The translations under genes were made by a program, and so were the position numbers. From positions 6,360,001 to 6,392,000 of the forward strand of contig NZ_LN831039.1 of assembly GCF_001457595.1 (NCBI RefSeq): a stretch of 32,000 nucleotides of DNA, written 5' to 3'. Position 1 is the stretch's first letter, and each line of letters starts with the position of its first letter. The notes below the pieces were generated by a model. It worked only from the letters and a program-made list of their open reading frames with translations, was not told where the DNA came from and searched no databases. Shown here piece by piece: positions 17,300 through 27,998 of this stretch. The stretch comes from Mycolicibacterium smegmatis. Its GTDB lineage: Bacteria > Actinomycetota > Actinomycetes > Mycobacteriales > Mycobacteriaceae.

Positions 17300-18558
17300 C
17301 CGAACCGCAGTGACCGTGCGGGCAGCGCGTCGACCCCGTGGTGCGCGAATTGTGTCCAGACCGTGCGCATCTCGTCGGCCAAGGTGGGGTCGATGCGGCG
17401 CTCGTTGCCCAGCATCGCAGCGTCGGCCCACGCCTCCGGCGAGCCGAACAGGAACGGCAACTCCAGGCAGTGACACGCACCGAGCGGCGCGTCGTCGGGA
17501 CTCCACTCGAACCGGTAGGACGCGGCCCGCCCGCCCAGATCGTTCCACTGCGCCGCCAGCGTCTCGGCCGGGGCGCCGAAGATGAACTCGGTGAGATCGG
17601 GCATCTCGGAGAACTCGGGGTGCATCGTCACGAACGGTGCCGCGTCGTCGCGGGTGTACCCCACCAGCAGCTCGATGCGCGCCGCGGCGTCGGCGAGATG
17701 GCCCGCCACGTCGTCGGCCGGCGGCAGCGGGTCGTGACCGAGCAGCGGTGCGAAAGGCATCATGGCCCCGAGCATTTCGACCGGTTGCGCCCAGGACGCC
17801 GCAGCGGCCTGCGCGTCGAGAAGTTGCTGTGTGGTGGCCTGCAGCGGGTCGACGCCGTCCAGGGCGTCGGCGAGCGCCGAACGCATGGCCACCGCCAGAT
17901 CCGCCCGCTCATCCCCCAGCCCCAGCGGTGCGCTCTGCACGATCGCGCGGTGGAACAACCCGGATGCCTCCTCGGCCAGCATCAGTTTCACCACGGAGTC
18001 CCCGCCCGCCGACTGCCCGAACACGGTCACGTTGCCCGGATCGCCCCCGAACGCGCTGATGTTGTCGCGCACCCACTTCAGGGCCAGGATCTGATCGGTC
18101 AGGCCCACGTTGAACCCGTCCGGTGCGCCGGGCGGCGCGAGGAAGCCGAAGGTGCCCAGCCGGTAGCTGACGTTGACCACCACCACGTCGCCGTGGCGCG
18201 CGAGCGGCGCGGCGTCGTATTTGCGCGATTCGCCGCTGCCCGAGACATACGCGCCGCCGTGCAACCACACCATGACCGGCAGGCCGTTTGCGTCCGCGGG
18301 CGCCGTGACGCTCAGCACCAGGCAGTCCTCGTCCATCACCAGGCCGTCCAGCAACGGCCCGGTCATCCAGCTCACGCGCGACGGCCGCTGCGGGCACGCC
18401 GGGCCGCTGCGGGTGGCGTCCAGCACCCCTTCCCACAGTGGCGTCGGTTCGGCGCGGGTGAACCGGGCCGCCGTGCCGTACCGCAGGCCCCGGGCGCGCA
18501 CCAGGCCGTCTTCTTCTTCGACCCGCACAGTGCCGCCGGGTAGCTGCCGATTGGTCAC
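17296..18558 (-). CDS. Type B carboxylesterase / alpha-beta hydrolase
   Basis: VMVWLHGGAYVSGSG, FGGDPGNVTVFGQSAGGDSV, YRLGTFGFL. Confidence 0.88.
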   Translation of the reverse strand: MTNRQLPGGTVRVEEEDGLVRARGLRYGTAARFTRAEPTPLWEGVLDATRSGPACPQRPSRVSWMTGPLLDGLVMDEDCLVLSVTAPADANGLPVMVWLHGGAYVSGSGESRKYDAAPLARHGDVVVVNVSYRLGTFGFLAPPGAPDGFNVGLTDQILALKWVRDNISAFGGDPGNVTVFGQSAGGDSVVKLMLAEEASGLFHRAIVQSAPLGLGDERADLAVAMRSALADALDGVDPLQATTQQLLDAQAAAASWAQPVEMLGAMMPFAPLLGHDPLPPADDVAGHLADAAARIELLVGYTRDDAAPFVTMHPEFSEMPDLTEFIFGAPAETLAAQWNDLGGRAASYRFEWSPDDAPLGACHCLELPFLFGSPEAWADAAMLGNERRIDPTLADEMRTVWTQFAHHGVDALPARSLRFG

Positions 18559-18567
18559 CCCCTCGAA

Positions 18568-18584
18568 GGTAACCGCGGTTTACC
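18568..18584. promoter_or_regulatory. Inverted repeat GGTAACCGCGGTTtACC in the divergent esterase/18613 intergenic region; candidate operator
   Basis: AACCGCGGTT perfect palindrome at 18571-18580 flanked by GGT and ACC (one-base bulge); overlaps TACCTT (18571..18566, minus strand), a -10-like hexamer for the esterase. Confidence 0.35.
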
Positions 18585-18612
18585 ACTGCTACCGACGGGG
18601 CACGCGACAGAC

Positions 18613-18981
18613 ATGTCCGTAACCGCATTCCAGGACCTTCCCCTCGCCGACCGCGACCGCGACTGGGACGGCGACGCCGCCGAGAAACGCGTGCGCAAGT
18701 GGGCCGACGCGACCGACGAACCCAACGAGAAGTACCGCGACGCGCACGTCTGGTACGACAAGGACAAGAAGGACAACTTCACGGCCTACAAGCTGCTGAT
18801 CGCCGACGTGGTCGGCGGTGACCTCAAGGTCGTACCGCGCGGCGTGATGGCCGCCGGCGCCATCATGGACGGCGCACGCGGCGGCATCGACCTGCCCGAA
18901 GGCGACATCGACCGGGTCAAGAGCCACCTGGCCAAGTACTACGAGAAGATGGGCGACACCGCGCCGTGGGAGCGCGATTAG
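18613..18981 (+). CDS. Small conserved protein resembling a domain found in phage prohead-protease/capsid-region proteins; function unknown
   Basis: Complete 122-aa ORF, charged composition typical of real coding; motif pattern LPLADRDRDWDGDAAEKRVRKWA...AYKLLIADV...LKVVPRGVMAAGAIMDGARGGIDLPEGDIDRVKSHLAKYYEKMGD. Phage resemblance is from memory. Confidence 0.6.
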   Translation: MSVTAFQDLPLADRDRDWDGDAAEKRVRKWADATDEPNEKYRDAHVWYDKDKKDNFTAYKLLIADVVGGDLKVVPRGVMAAGAIMDGARGGIDLPEGDIDRVKSHLAKYYEKMGDTAPWERD

Positions 18982-18982
18982 C

Positions 18983-18988
18983 TACATT
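18983..18988 (+). promoter_or_regulatory. Predicted -10 element TACATT for leaderless gluQRS (GTG 18995 = +1)
   Basis: TANNNT with last T at -7; no SD. Confidence 0.5.
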
Positions 18989-18994
18989 GCGGGC

Positions 18995-19873
18995 GTGAGC
19001 AACGCCGCCGGACGCTTCGCGCCGAGCCCCTCGGCCGACCTGCACATCGGGAACCTGCGCACCGCCGTGCTCGCGTGGCTGTTCGCACGGTCCACCGGGC
19101 GGCGCTTTCTGGTGCGGGTCGAGGATCTCGACGACCGCACGTTCCCGGAGATCGGCCGGCGCCAGGTGGCCGACCTCGCCGCGGTCGGGCTGACTTGGGA
19201 CGAACCGGTCGAGTGGCAGACCACGCACGAGGACCGTTACGACGCCGTGATCGACCAGCTGGCCGGCGAGGGCCTGTTGTACGAATGCTATTGCAGCCGA
19301 AAGGACATCGCGCAGGCACCACGCGCACCGCACGCCCCGCAGGGCGCCTACCCGGGCACGTGCCGCGACCTGACCGACGACGAGCGCGCCGCGCGGCGCC
19401 GCGAGACCGGCCGCCCGCCCGCGATGCGGTTGCGCACCGACACGTTCGTGTACACCGTCAACGACGTCCTGCACGGCCCCTACACCGGCATCGTCGACGA
19501 TTTCGTGGTCCGCCGCGGCGACGGTGTGCCTGCCTACAACCTCGCGGTGGTGGTCGACGACGCGGCGTCGGGGATCGACCAGGTGGTACGTGGTGACGAC
19601 CTGCTGCCCTCGTCACCCCGGCAGGCCTATCTGGCGCGGCTGCTGGGCCATCCAGAGCCCACGTACGCCCACGTGCCGCTGGTGCTCAACGAGGACGGCG
19701 CGCGTCTGGCCAAGCGCGACGGCGCGGTGACGCTGGCCGAGATCGGGGTCGAGCGCGCGTTCGCTCAGATCACCGAATCCCTCGGCCGGCCGGCCACCAC
19801 GATGGACGAACTGCTGGCCCGGTTCGACCCCGACCAGCTGCCCCGCCATCCCTGGATATATCGGCCGGTCTGA
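18995..19873 (+). CDS. gluQ: Glutamyl-Q tRNA(Asp) synthetase
   Basis: GRFAPSPSADLHIGNLRTAVLAWLFARSTGRRFLVRVEDLD; LYECYCSRKDI; LAKRDGAVTL; 292 aa, lacks the anticodon-binding domain. Confidence 0.93.
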   Translation: MSNAAGRFAPSPSADLHIGNLRTAVLAWLFARSTGRRFLVRVEDLDDRTFPEIGRRQVADLAAVGLTWDEPVEWQTTHEDRYDAVIDQLAGEGLLYECYCSRKDIAQAPRAPHAPQGAYPGTCRDLTDDERAARRRETGRPPAMRLRTDTFVYTVNDVLHGPYTGIVDDFVVRRGDGVPAYNLAVVVDDAASGIDQVVRGDDLLPSSPRQAYLARLLGHPEPTYAHVPLVLNEDGARLAKRDGAVTLAEIGVERAFAQITESLGRPATTMDELLARFDPDQLPRHPWIYRPV

Positions 19874-19905
19874 GCAGAACCCTTCATAAGATCGGTGCGG
19901 CCTGC

Positions 19906-19911
19906 TAGCTT
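19906..19911 (+). promoter_or_regulatory. Predicted -10 element TAGCTT for leaderless ABC transporter gene (GTG 19918 = +1)
   Basis: TANNNT with last T at -7; TTCATA at 19883-19888 with 17-nt spacer. Confidence 0.5.
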
Positions 19912-19917
19912 CCGGCG

Positions 19918-21393
19918 GTGCGTTCCCTACGTATTCCTCTGCTGGGGCTCCTGCTCCTGGCCGCCATGCTGCTCGCAGGCTGTGGACCCGCTGCGAATGA
20001 CAGCGACGAGCCGATAAAAGCAGCCGGTGTGCTGCGTGTGGGCACCGAAGGCGTGTACGCCCCCTTCAGTTATCACGACCCGGCGACCAATGAGCTGACG
20101 GGTTACGACATCGACGTGGTGAAGGCCGTCGCCGACAAGATCGGCGTGCAAATCCAGTTCGTCGAAACCCCGTGGGACTCGATATTCGCTGCGCTGGAAG
20201 CCAACCGGTTCGACATCATCGCCAACGAGGTCACCATCACCGACGAGCGCAAGGCGAAATACGACCTCTCCGAGCCGTATTCCGTCGGCGAGGGTGTCAT
20301 CGTCACGCGCGCCGACGACAACTCGATCACCTCACTCGACGATCTCAAGGGCAAGGTGGCCGCCGAGAACGCGACCAGCAACTGGTCGGAGATCGCGCGG
20401 CAGGCCGGCGCCCGGGTGGAGGCCGTCGAGGGTTTCACCCAGGCCATCAAGCTGCTCAACCAGGGACGCGTCGACGTCGTGGTCAACGACAGCATCGCGG
20501 TGTACGCCTACCTCGCCGAGACCGGGGACACGTCGGTGAAGATCGCCGGAGAGGTCGGCGAGAAGAGCGAGCAGGGGTTCGCCGCGCGCAAGGACAGCGG
20601 TTACCTGCCCGAGTTGAACCGTGCGCTCGACGAACTCAGGGCCGACGGCACGTTGGCGCAGATCTCGCAGAAGTACCTCAAGGCCGACGCGACGGGCGCC
20701 GCCAACGGTGACGGCGCGCCGCCTGCCGTCCGGTCGACGTGGCAGCTGATCGGCGACAACCTGTGGCCGCTGGCCAAGGCCGCGGTCACCATGACCATTC
20801 CGCTGACGATCATCAGCTTCGCGATCGGCCTGGTGATCGCGCTGGGCGTGGCGCTGGCGCGCTTGTCGTCGAATGCCGTGCTCAGCAACGTCGCCCGGTT
20901 GTACATCTCGATCATCCGCGGCACCCCGCTGCTGGTGCAGTTGTTCCTGGTGTTCTACGCGCTGCCCGAGTTCGGGGTGCGCATCGACCCGTTCCCGGCC
21001 GCGGTGATCGCATTCAGCCTCAACGTGGGCGGTTACGCGGCCGAGATCATCCGCGCGGCGATCCTGAGCATCCCCAAGGGACAGTGGGAGGCTGCCGAGA
21101 CCATCGGCCTCACCTACGGCAAGTCGCTGCAGCGGATCATCCTTCCGCAGGCCGCCCGCGTCGCGGTGCCGCCGCTGTCGAACACGCTCATCTCACTGGT
21201 CAAGGACACGTCACTGGCGTCGACCATCCTGGTCACCGAACTGCTGCGGCAGGCCCAGATCGCCGCGGCCCCGACGTTCGAGTTCTTCGCCCTCTACGGC
21301 ACGGCTGCCGTCTACTACTGGGTGATCTGCCTGGTGTTGTCGTTCGGCCAGAGCCGCATTGAACGCCGACTGGAAAGGTACGTGGCGCGATGA
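19918..21393 (+). CDS. Polar amino-acid ABC transporter: lipoprotein substrate-binding domain fused to permease domain
   Basis: Lipobox [11 protein letters not shown]; PBPb domain ([31 protein letters not shown]); permease domain with [16 protein letters not shown] and [24 protein letters not shown]. Confidence 0.92.
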   Translation: MRSLRIPLLGLLLLAAMLLAGCGPAANDSDEPIKAAGVLRVGTEGVYAPFSYHDPATNELTGYDIDVVKAVADKIGVQIQFVETPWDSIFAALEANRFDIIANEVTITDERKAKYDLSEPYSVGEGVIVTRADDNSITSLDDLKGKVAAENATSNWSEIARQAGARVEAVEGFTQAIKLLNQGRVDVVVNDSIAVYAYLAETGDTSVKIAGEVGEKSEQGFAARKDSGYLPELNRALDELRADGTLAQISQKYLKADATGAANGDGAPPAVRSTWQLIGDNLWPLAKAAVTMTIPLTIISFAIGLVIALGVALARLSSNAVLSNVARLYISIIRGTPLLVQLFLVFYALPEFGVRIDPFPAAVIAFSLNVGGYAAEIIRAAILSIPKGQWEAAETIGLTYGKSLQRIILPQAARVAVPPLSNTLISLVKDTSLASTILVTELLRQAQIAAAPTFEFFALYGTAAVYYWVICLVLSFGQSRIERRLERYVAR

Positions 21394-22163
21394 CCACAGA
21401 GCCCGAATACCGGATCGTCGCCGAGAACGTGGAGAAGGCCTTCGGCGACAACAAGGTTCTCAAAGGCGTGTCGTTCAAGGTCGCGCGTGGCAGTGCGACC
21501 ACCATTCTCGGGCCCTCGGGTTCGGGGAAGACGACGCTGCTGCGGGCGCTCAACGCCCTCGACGTGCCCGATTCCGGGGTCATCCAGGTAGGTGGCGACG
21601 ACGGCGTCCGGATCGATTTCTCCGAGCGCATCACCCGGGACACGTTGCGCCGCTACCGCGCCCAGAGCGGTTTCGTCTTCCAGTCCCACAACCTGTTCCC
21701 GCACAAGACCGTTCTGCAGAACATCACCGAGGGGCCGATCGTCGCGCAGGGCCGTCCCCGCGCCGAGGCCGAGACCGATGCTGTCAAACTCCTCGAGCAG
21801 GTGGGACTGGCCGACAAGCGCGACCAGTACCCGTACCAACTCTCGGGTGGTCAGCAGCAGCGTGTCGGCATCGCGCGGGCGCTGGCCATGCGGCCCAAGG
21901 TGGTGCTGTTCGACGAGCCCACCTCGGCCCTGGACCCGGAACTGGTCGGTGAGGTGCTCGCGGTGATCAAGGACCTGGCCGACGCGGGCTGGACCATGGT
22001 GATCGTGACGCACCAGATCCAGTTCGCCAAGCAGGTTTCCGATCAGGTGCTGTTCACCGACGGCGGGGTGATCCTGGAGCAGGGGACGCCCGCGGCCGTG
22101 ATCGACGATCCGCAGCACGAGCGCACCAAGCAGTTCCTGCAGCGGATCCTCAACACGCTCTAG
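21390..22163 (+). CDS. Polar amino-acid ABC transporter ATP-binding protein (GlnQ-like)
   Basis: Walker [16 protein letters not shown]; signature [15 protein letters not shown]; Walker [17 protein letters not shown]; ATGA overlap. Confidence 0.94.
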   Translation: MTTEPEYRIVAENVEKAFGDNKVLKGVSFKVARGSATTILGPSGSGKTTLLRALNALDVPDSGVIQVGGDDGVRIDFSERITRDTLRRYRAQSGFVFQSHNLFPHKTVLQNITEGPIVAQGRPRAEAETDAVKLLEQVGLADKRDQYPYQLSGGQQQRVGIARALAMRPKVVLFDEPTSALDPELVGEVLAVIKDLADAGWTMVIVTHQIQFAKQVSDQVLFTDGGVILEQGTPAAVIDDPQHERTKQFLQRILNTL

Positions 22164-22181
22164 ACCGGCCCGGTGGATCGA

Positions 22182-22201
22182 GCGGTCTCGATGCCGACCG
22201 C
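22182..22201. terminator. Possible weak bidirectional terminator hairpin GCGGTC-N8-GACCGC between convergent genes
   Basis: 6-bp perfect stem at 22182-22187/22196-22201; no T-tract. Confidence 0.3.
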
Positions 22202-22269
22202 CCGGGCGACCAGCGTGCGCAGATGATGCGGGCGACTGCGACGTGCGTTGTGTGCGTTGGGGTCCGGAT

Positions 22270-23595
22270 TCACGCCAACGCCGAGCGCCCGTTGACCGTG
22301 CGTTCGGCGGCCTCCAGCAGGTCGTCGCGGAACTGCGGGTGCGCGATGGCCGCCAGCGCACTGCCGCGCTCGCGCACCGTGAGTCCTTCGAGTTCGGCCG
22401 TGCCGTACTCGGTGACGATGACGTCGACGTGGTGGCGCGGCGTGGTGATCACCGCGCCGGGACCGAACCACGGCACGATCCGCGACCGCACGTGGCCGTC
22501 CTTGGTGGTGTACGTCGAGGGCAGGCAGATCAGCGAGCGGTCGGACAGTTCCAGCCCGGCACCGGCCACGAAGTCCTCCGCACCCCCGATGCCACTGAAC
22601 TGGCTGCCGTCGATGGTGTCGGCGACCACCTGCCCGTGGATGTCGACTGCGAGGGCGCCGTTGATGGTGACCATCTGATGGTTCCTGGCGATCACCTCGG
22701 GCGAGTTGACGATCTCCACGGGCAAGAACGCGACGTCGCGGTTGCCGTCGAGCCACTCGTACAGGTCCGGCGACCCGAACGCGAAGGTCGTCACGCTGAC
22801 ACCGTCGTACAGACCCTTGTGGGTGTTGGTGACCTTGCCCGCGCGGTGCAATTTCATGCAGCCGTCGGTGAACATCTCACTGTGCAAACCGTATTCGCCG
22901 CCGTCGCCCTCGGCGAGCAGTGCCGCGATCTGGTTGGGGATCGACCCGATGCCGGTCTGCAGCGTCGCCCCGGACGGCATGTAGGCGACCGCGTGCTTCG
23001 CGATCGCCCGGTCGACGTCGCTGGGTGTGGCGCGGTCTCCCGGCAGGCTCATCGGCTGTGCGGTGGAGCGGATGAGGATGTCGATCTCGTCGACGTGCAA
23101 CGCATGCCGGTGTGTGTCACCCAGACCGTACGTCCGCGGGAACGCCTCGGAGACCTCGACGATCAACAGTCGCTCGGGATCGGTCCCCGCCCTGCGTAAT
23201 TCATCGACGGTGCCGCCGGCGTGCAGCGACAGCGAGCACCATCCGTCGGCGTCCGGCGGGGTCGCCGCGGTCGCCATGACCCGCGGTGACTGCGCACGCA
23301 TCAGGGGACCGAAGCGACGGAAATCCGCAGGAGCGAAGTCGACGTCGGCACCGGCGTCGCGCAGCGCACGCTCGAGCGGTCCGTAGAAACCCGAGATGAA
23401 GTGCACGCCGGGGCGCGAGAACAACTCGGTGAGCACCGCGAGCAACGCGCCGTACACCCGCAGATCGGTCCAGTCCTTGCGCACGCCCAGGGCCTGCAGG
23501 AACGACGGTGGCTGGCCGGGCCCCAGCGGGAGCCCCAGGGTGTCGGCGGCGTGCAGCCGCGCGGCGGCCTGCTCGGCGGTGAGCTCGGTCGGCAT
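22270..23595 (-). CDS. Acetyl-CoA hydrolase/transferase family protein (4-hydroxybutyrate/propionate CoA-transferase-like)
   Basis: Track ORF 22270..23943 trimmed to MPTELTAEQ; ATLQTGIGSIPNQIAALLAEG; GLHSEMFTDG; GIGGAEDFVAGA; SRIVPWFGPGAVITTPRHHVDVIVTEYGTAELEGLTVRERG. Confidence 0.88.
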   Translation of the reverse strand: MPTELTAEQAAARLHAADTLGLPLGPGQPPSFLQALGVRKDWTDLRVYGALLAVLTELFSRPGVHFISGFYGPLERALRDAGADVDFAPADFRRFGPLMRAQSPRVMATAATPPDADGWCSLSLHAGGTVDELRRAGTDPERLLIVEVSEAFPRTYGLGDTHRHALHVDEIDILIRSTAQPMSLPGDRATPSDVDRAIAKHAVAYMPSGATLQTGIGSIPNQIAALLAEGDGGEYGLHSEMFTDGCMKLHRAGKVTNTHKGLYDGVSVTTFAFGSPDLYEWLDGNRDVAFLPVEIVNSPEVIARNHQMVTINGALAVDIHGQVVADTIDGSQFSGIGGAEDFVAGAGLELSDRSLICLPSTYTTKDGHVRSRIVPWFGPGAVITTPRHHVDVIVTEYGTAELEGLTVRERGSALAAIAHPQFRDDLLEAAERTVNGRSALA

Positions 23596-23621
23596 GGCGC
23601 CCGATCCTACCGACGCGTGAG

Positions 23622-24839
23622 CTACAGCTCCTTGATCCCCCACGGCGAGCCGTAGTCCTTCAGCAAATTCAGGAACGGCACGGCGTCGAAGGCCTCCGGT
23701 CCCAGCGCACCGGCCCCGCTCCACACTCCCGACGCCAGAAGTTCCAGCGCCACAACGGGATTGATCGCGGTCTGCCACACCACGCACTGGTGGCCGTACT
23801 CGGCCATCGACCACTGGTTGTCCACGACGTGATACAGGTACGTCGACCGCGGCGCGCCGTCCTTGCCCTTGCCGGTCACCCACAGGCCCGCGCAGGTCCT
23901 GCCGTGCATCTGCGGTCCCAGCGTGGCCGGGTTGGGCAGGCACGCGGCGACGACGTCGCGCGGGCTCACCTCGACCGGGCCGTTCGCGCCGGGCACGCGG
24001 ACCTTGTCGGTGCGGTCCAGGCCCAGCTTGTGCAGCGTCTTGAGCACGTCGATGAACTCACTGCCCAGCCCGTACTTGAACGTCGCGCGCTTGCACTTCA
24101 CCCAGCGCGGCATCAACAGCACCTCTTCGTGCTCGACGTTGACGCACTCGACCGGGCCGATACCCTCGGGGAAGTCGAAAACCTCTGGCTCGCTGAAGGG
24201 TTCGGTGACGAACCAGCCGCGGTCGGCCTCCCAGACCACCGGCGGGTTGAGGCATTCCTCGATGGTCGTCCAGATCGAGAACGACGGCGCGAAGTCGTAT
24301 CCCTCGACCACCAGGTTCGAACCGTCGCGCGTGCCGAGTTCGTCGATCTCGGAGAACAGGTGGTCGGCGGCGTAGCGCGCGAACACATCCGAGAGTCCGG
24401 GTTCGACGCCGATGCCGACCAGCGCGAGACGGCCCGCGGCCTCCCAGTCCCCGGCGGCCCCGAACTGCTCGTCGCCGAGTTTGACGCCCGTGAGCTCGTA
24501 GGGCCTGTCCGGGTGCCGCCGCGACAGGCTCATCGCCATGTCGAGGTAGTCGGCACCGCCGGCCAGTGCCCCGTTGAAGATGGGCATCACGAACCGCGGG
24601 TCGACGGCGTTCATGACATGGGTGATCTGGTGCTCACGCACCAGGTCGGCCACCGCGTCGGCCGACGTCGCGTCCACCTGCGCCGCGGTGAACCGGGCGT
24701 CGCCGACGGCCTCCGCGGCCTGCCGCGCACGGCTCTCGTCGTAGTCGCACACCACGATCTGATCGAAGAAATTGCGGCGCGCGGCGATCGCACAGAAGGC
24801 CGAGCCGACGCCGCCGGCACCCACCAGGAGAATTCGCAT
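23622..24839 (-). CDS. Saccharopine dehydrogenase-family NAD(P)-binding protein
   Basis: N-terminal MRILLVGAGGVGSAFCAIAARR; VMNAVDPRFVMPIFNGALAGGADYLDMAMS; GVEPGLSDVFARYA. Confidence 0.85.
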   Translation of the reverse strand: MRILLVGAGGVGSAFCAIAARRNFFDQIVVCDYDESRARQAAEAVGDARFTAAQVDATSADAVADLVREHQITHVMNAVDPRFVMPIFNGALAGGADYLDMAMSLSRRHPDRPYELTGVKLGDEQFGAAGDWEAAGRLALVGIGVEPGLSDVFARYAADHLFSEIDELGTRDGSNLVVEGYDFAPSFSIWTTIEECLNPPVVWEADRGWFVTEPFSEPEVFDFPEGIGPVECVNVEHEEVLLMPRWVKCKRATFKYGLGSEFIDVLKTLHKLGLDRTDKVRVPGANGPVEVSPRDVVAACLPNPATLGPQMHGRTCAGLWVTGKGKDGAPRSTYLYHVVDNQWSMAEYGHQCVVWQTAINPVVALELLASGVWSGAGALGPEAFDAVPFLNLLKDYGSPWGIKEL

Positions 24840-24847
24840 GAAAGACG

Positions 24848-24868
24848 ACCGTACCCAATGGCTACGGT
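24848..24868. promoter_or_regulatory. 21-nt near-perfect palindrome ACCGTAcCCAaTGGcTACGGT; candidate operator or 5'UTR hairpin for the saccharopine dehydrogenase-like gene
   Basis: 9 of 10 position pairs complementary (mismatch 24854/24862); begins 9 bp upstream of the minus-strand ATG. Confidence 0.55.
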
Positions 24869-24915
24869 TTCGTCATTAGTTTATGGATTTGGCGATGGAA
24901 TCCGTCGTCGAATCG

Positions 24916-26160
24916 CTATACCGCGATGGATAACGTAGACATGCCGCGCAGCGTCAAATTCCGCTTGTACTCCGGTTCGCCGCTGAGCCGGGCCTCGGGG
25001 AACCGGGCCGCGAGCGCGGGCAACGCCACGGTCGCCTCGAGTCGGGCCAGAGGTGCCCCCAGACAGAAGTGCGCCCCCTTGCCGAAGCCGAGGTGCCGGA
25101 TCTGAGCGCGGTCCGGATCGAACCGGTCGGGGGCGCCGACGATCGTCGGGTCGCGGTGCGCCGCGGCGAGCAGCAGCAACATGGTGTCGCCCTTGGGCAC
25201 CGTGTGCGTCCCGATGGTCAGGTCGTCGCCTGCGTACCGCGACACCAACTGCACGGGCGGGTCGTACCGCATGGTCTCCTCGATGACCGCGGAGGCCCGG
25301 GATCCGTCGGCGGCCAGCGCGGCCCACTGTCCGGGGGTGCGCAACATGGCCAGGGCCGCGTTGGCGATCAGGTTCACCGTCGTTTCGTGGCCCGCGATCA
25401 GCAGCAGGTTGCAGGTCGCGATGATCTCGTCCTCGGTGAGCTGATCGCCCGACTCCTCGACCGCGACCAAACCGGACATGAGGTCCTCACCCGGTGTGCG
25501 GCGCCGCTCGTCGATGAGGGCTCGCAGATAGTCGCGCAGCCACATCCCGGCCTTCATCTGTTCGTCGAACAGATCCGACGTCTCGCCGGTGAGCGCCAGG
25601 AACGGGTCCAGGGCCGCGGCCAGCAGCGCCGACGCGCGGCTGAACTTCGGTTCGTCCTCGATCGGCACGCCGAGCAGTCGGCAGATCACCGCGACCGGCA
25701 GCGGGTAGGCGAGGTTGTCGATGAGGTTGAACTCCGGCCCGTCGACAGCGTCGAGCAGTTGGTCGACCAGCGCGGTGATCTCGGGCTCGAGCCGCTTGAT
25801 CACGCGCGGCGCGAACGCCTTGCTGACCAGGCCGCGCAGCCTCGTGTGATCGGGCGGGTCGAGGAACAGGAAGCTGGCGGGCCCCTGCGGTCGCGGCTGC
25901 GTCTCGGCGGCGAGTTGCCGTTGAAAGATGGTCGATTTCGTGCGGTCGCTGCACGACGAGGGGTGCCGCAGAACGTCGTCGCAATCGGAAAAGCTGGAGA
26001 ACACCGCGAGATTCGCCTCGGGGAGCGCAAGCGGTCCGCCGCGGCGGATGCGGTCATAGATCGGGTACGGGTCGGCACGGGTGGCAGGGTCGAGCAGTTG
26101 GAGCAGCAGTCCCTGCGCCTCTTGGGCTGTCGCGGCGGTCGACATCCACCCATTGTGCAT
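24916..26160 (-). CDS. Cytochrome P450
   Basis: I-helix IAGHETTVN; EETMR (ExxR); heme motif FGKGAHFCLGAPLARLE. Confidence 0.95.
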   Translation of the reverse strand: MHNGWMSTAATAQEAQGLLLQLLDPATRADPYPIYDRIRRGGPLALPEANLAVFSSFSDCDDVLRHPSSCSDRTKSTIFQRQLAAETQPRPQGPASFLFLDPPDHTRLRGLVSKAFAPRVIKRLEPEITALVDQLLDAVDGPEFNLIDNLAYPLPVAVICRLLGVPIEDEPKFSRASALLAAALDPFLALTGETSDLFDEQMKAGMWLRDYLRALIDERRRTPGEDLMSGLVAVEESGDQLTEDEIIATCNLLLIAGHETTVNLIANAALAMLRTPGQWAALAADGSRASAVIEETMRYDPPVQLVSRYAGDDLTIGTHTVPKGDTMLLLLAAAHRDPTIVGAPDRFDPDRAQIRHLGFGKGAHFCLGAPLARLEATVALPALAARFPEARLSGEPEYKRNLTLRGMSTLSIAV

Positions 26161-26193
26161 GCGACTTTCGCGTACCCCGCTCGGCGAACGCTC

Positions 26194-27984
<1,791 letters not shown>

Positions 27985-27998
<14 letters not shown>

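Noticed and set aside
17338-18543. 401-aa plus-strand ORF opposite the carboxylesterase
   Set aside because: Shadow ORF; the GQSAGG and HGGAY motifs are encoded on the minus strand.
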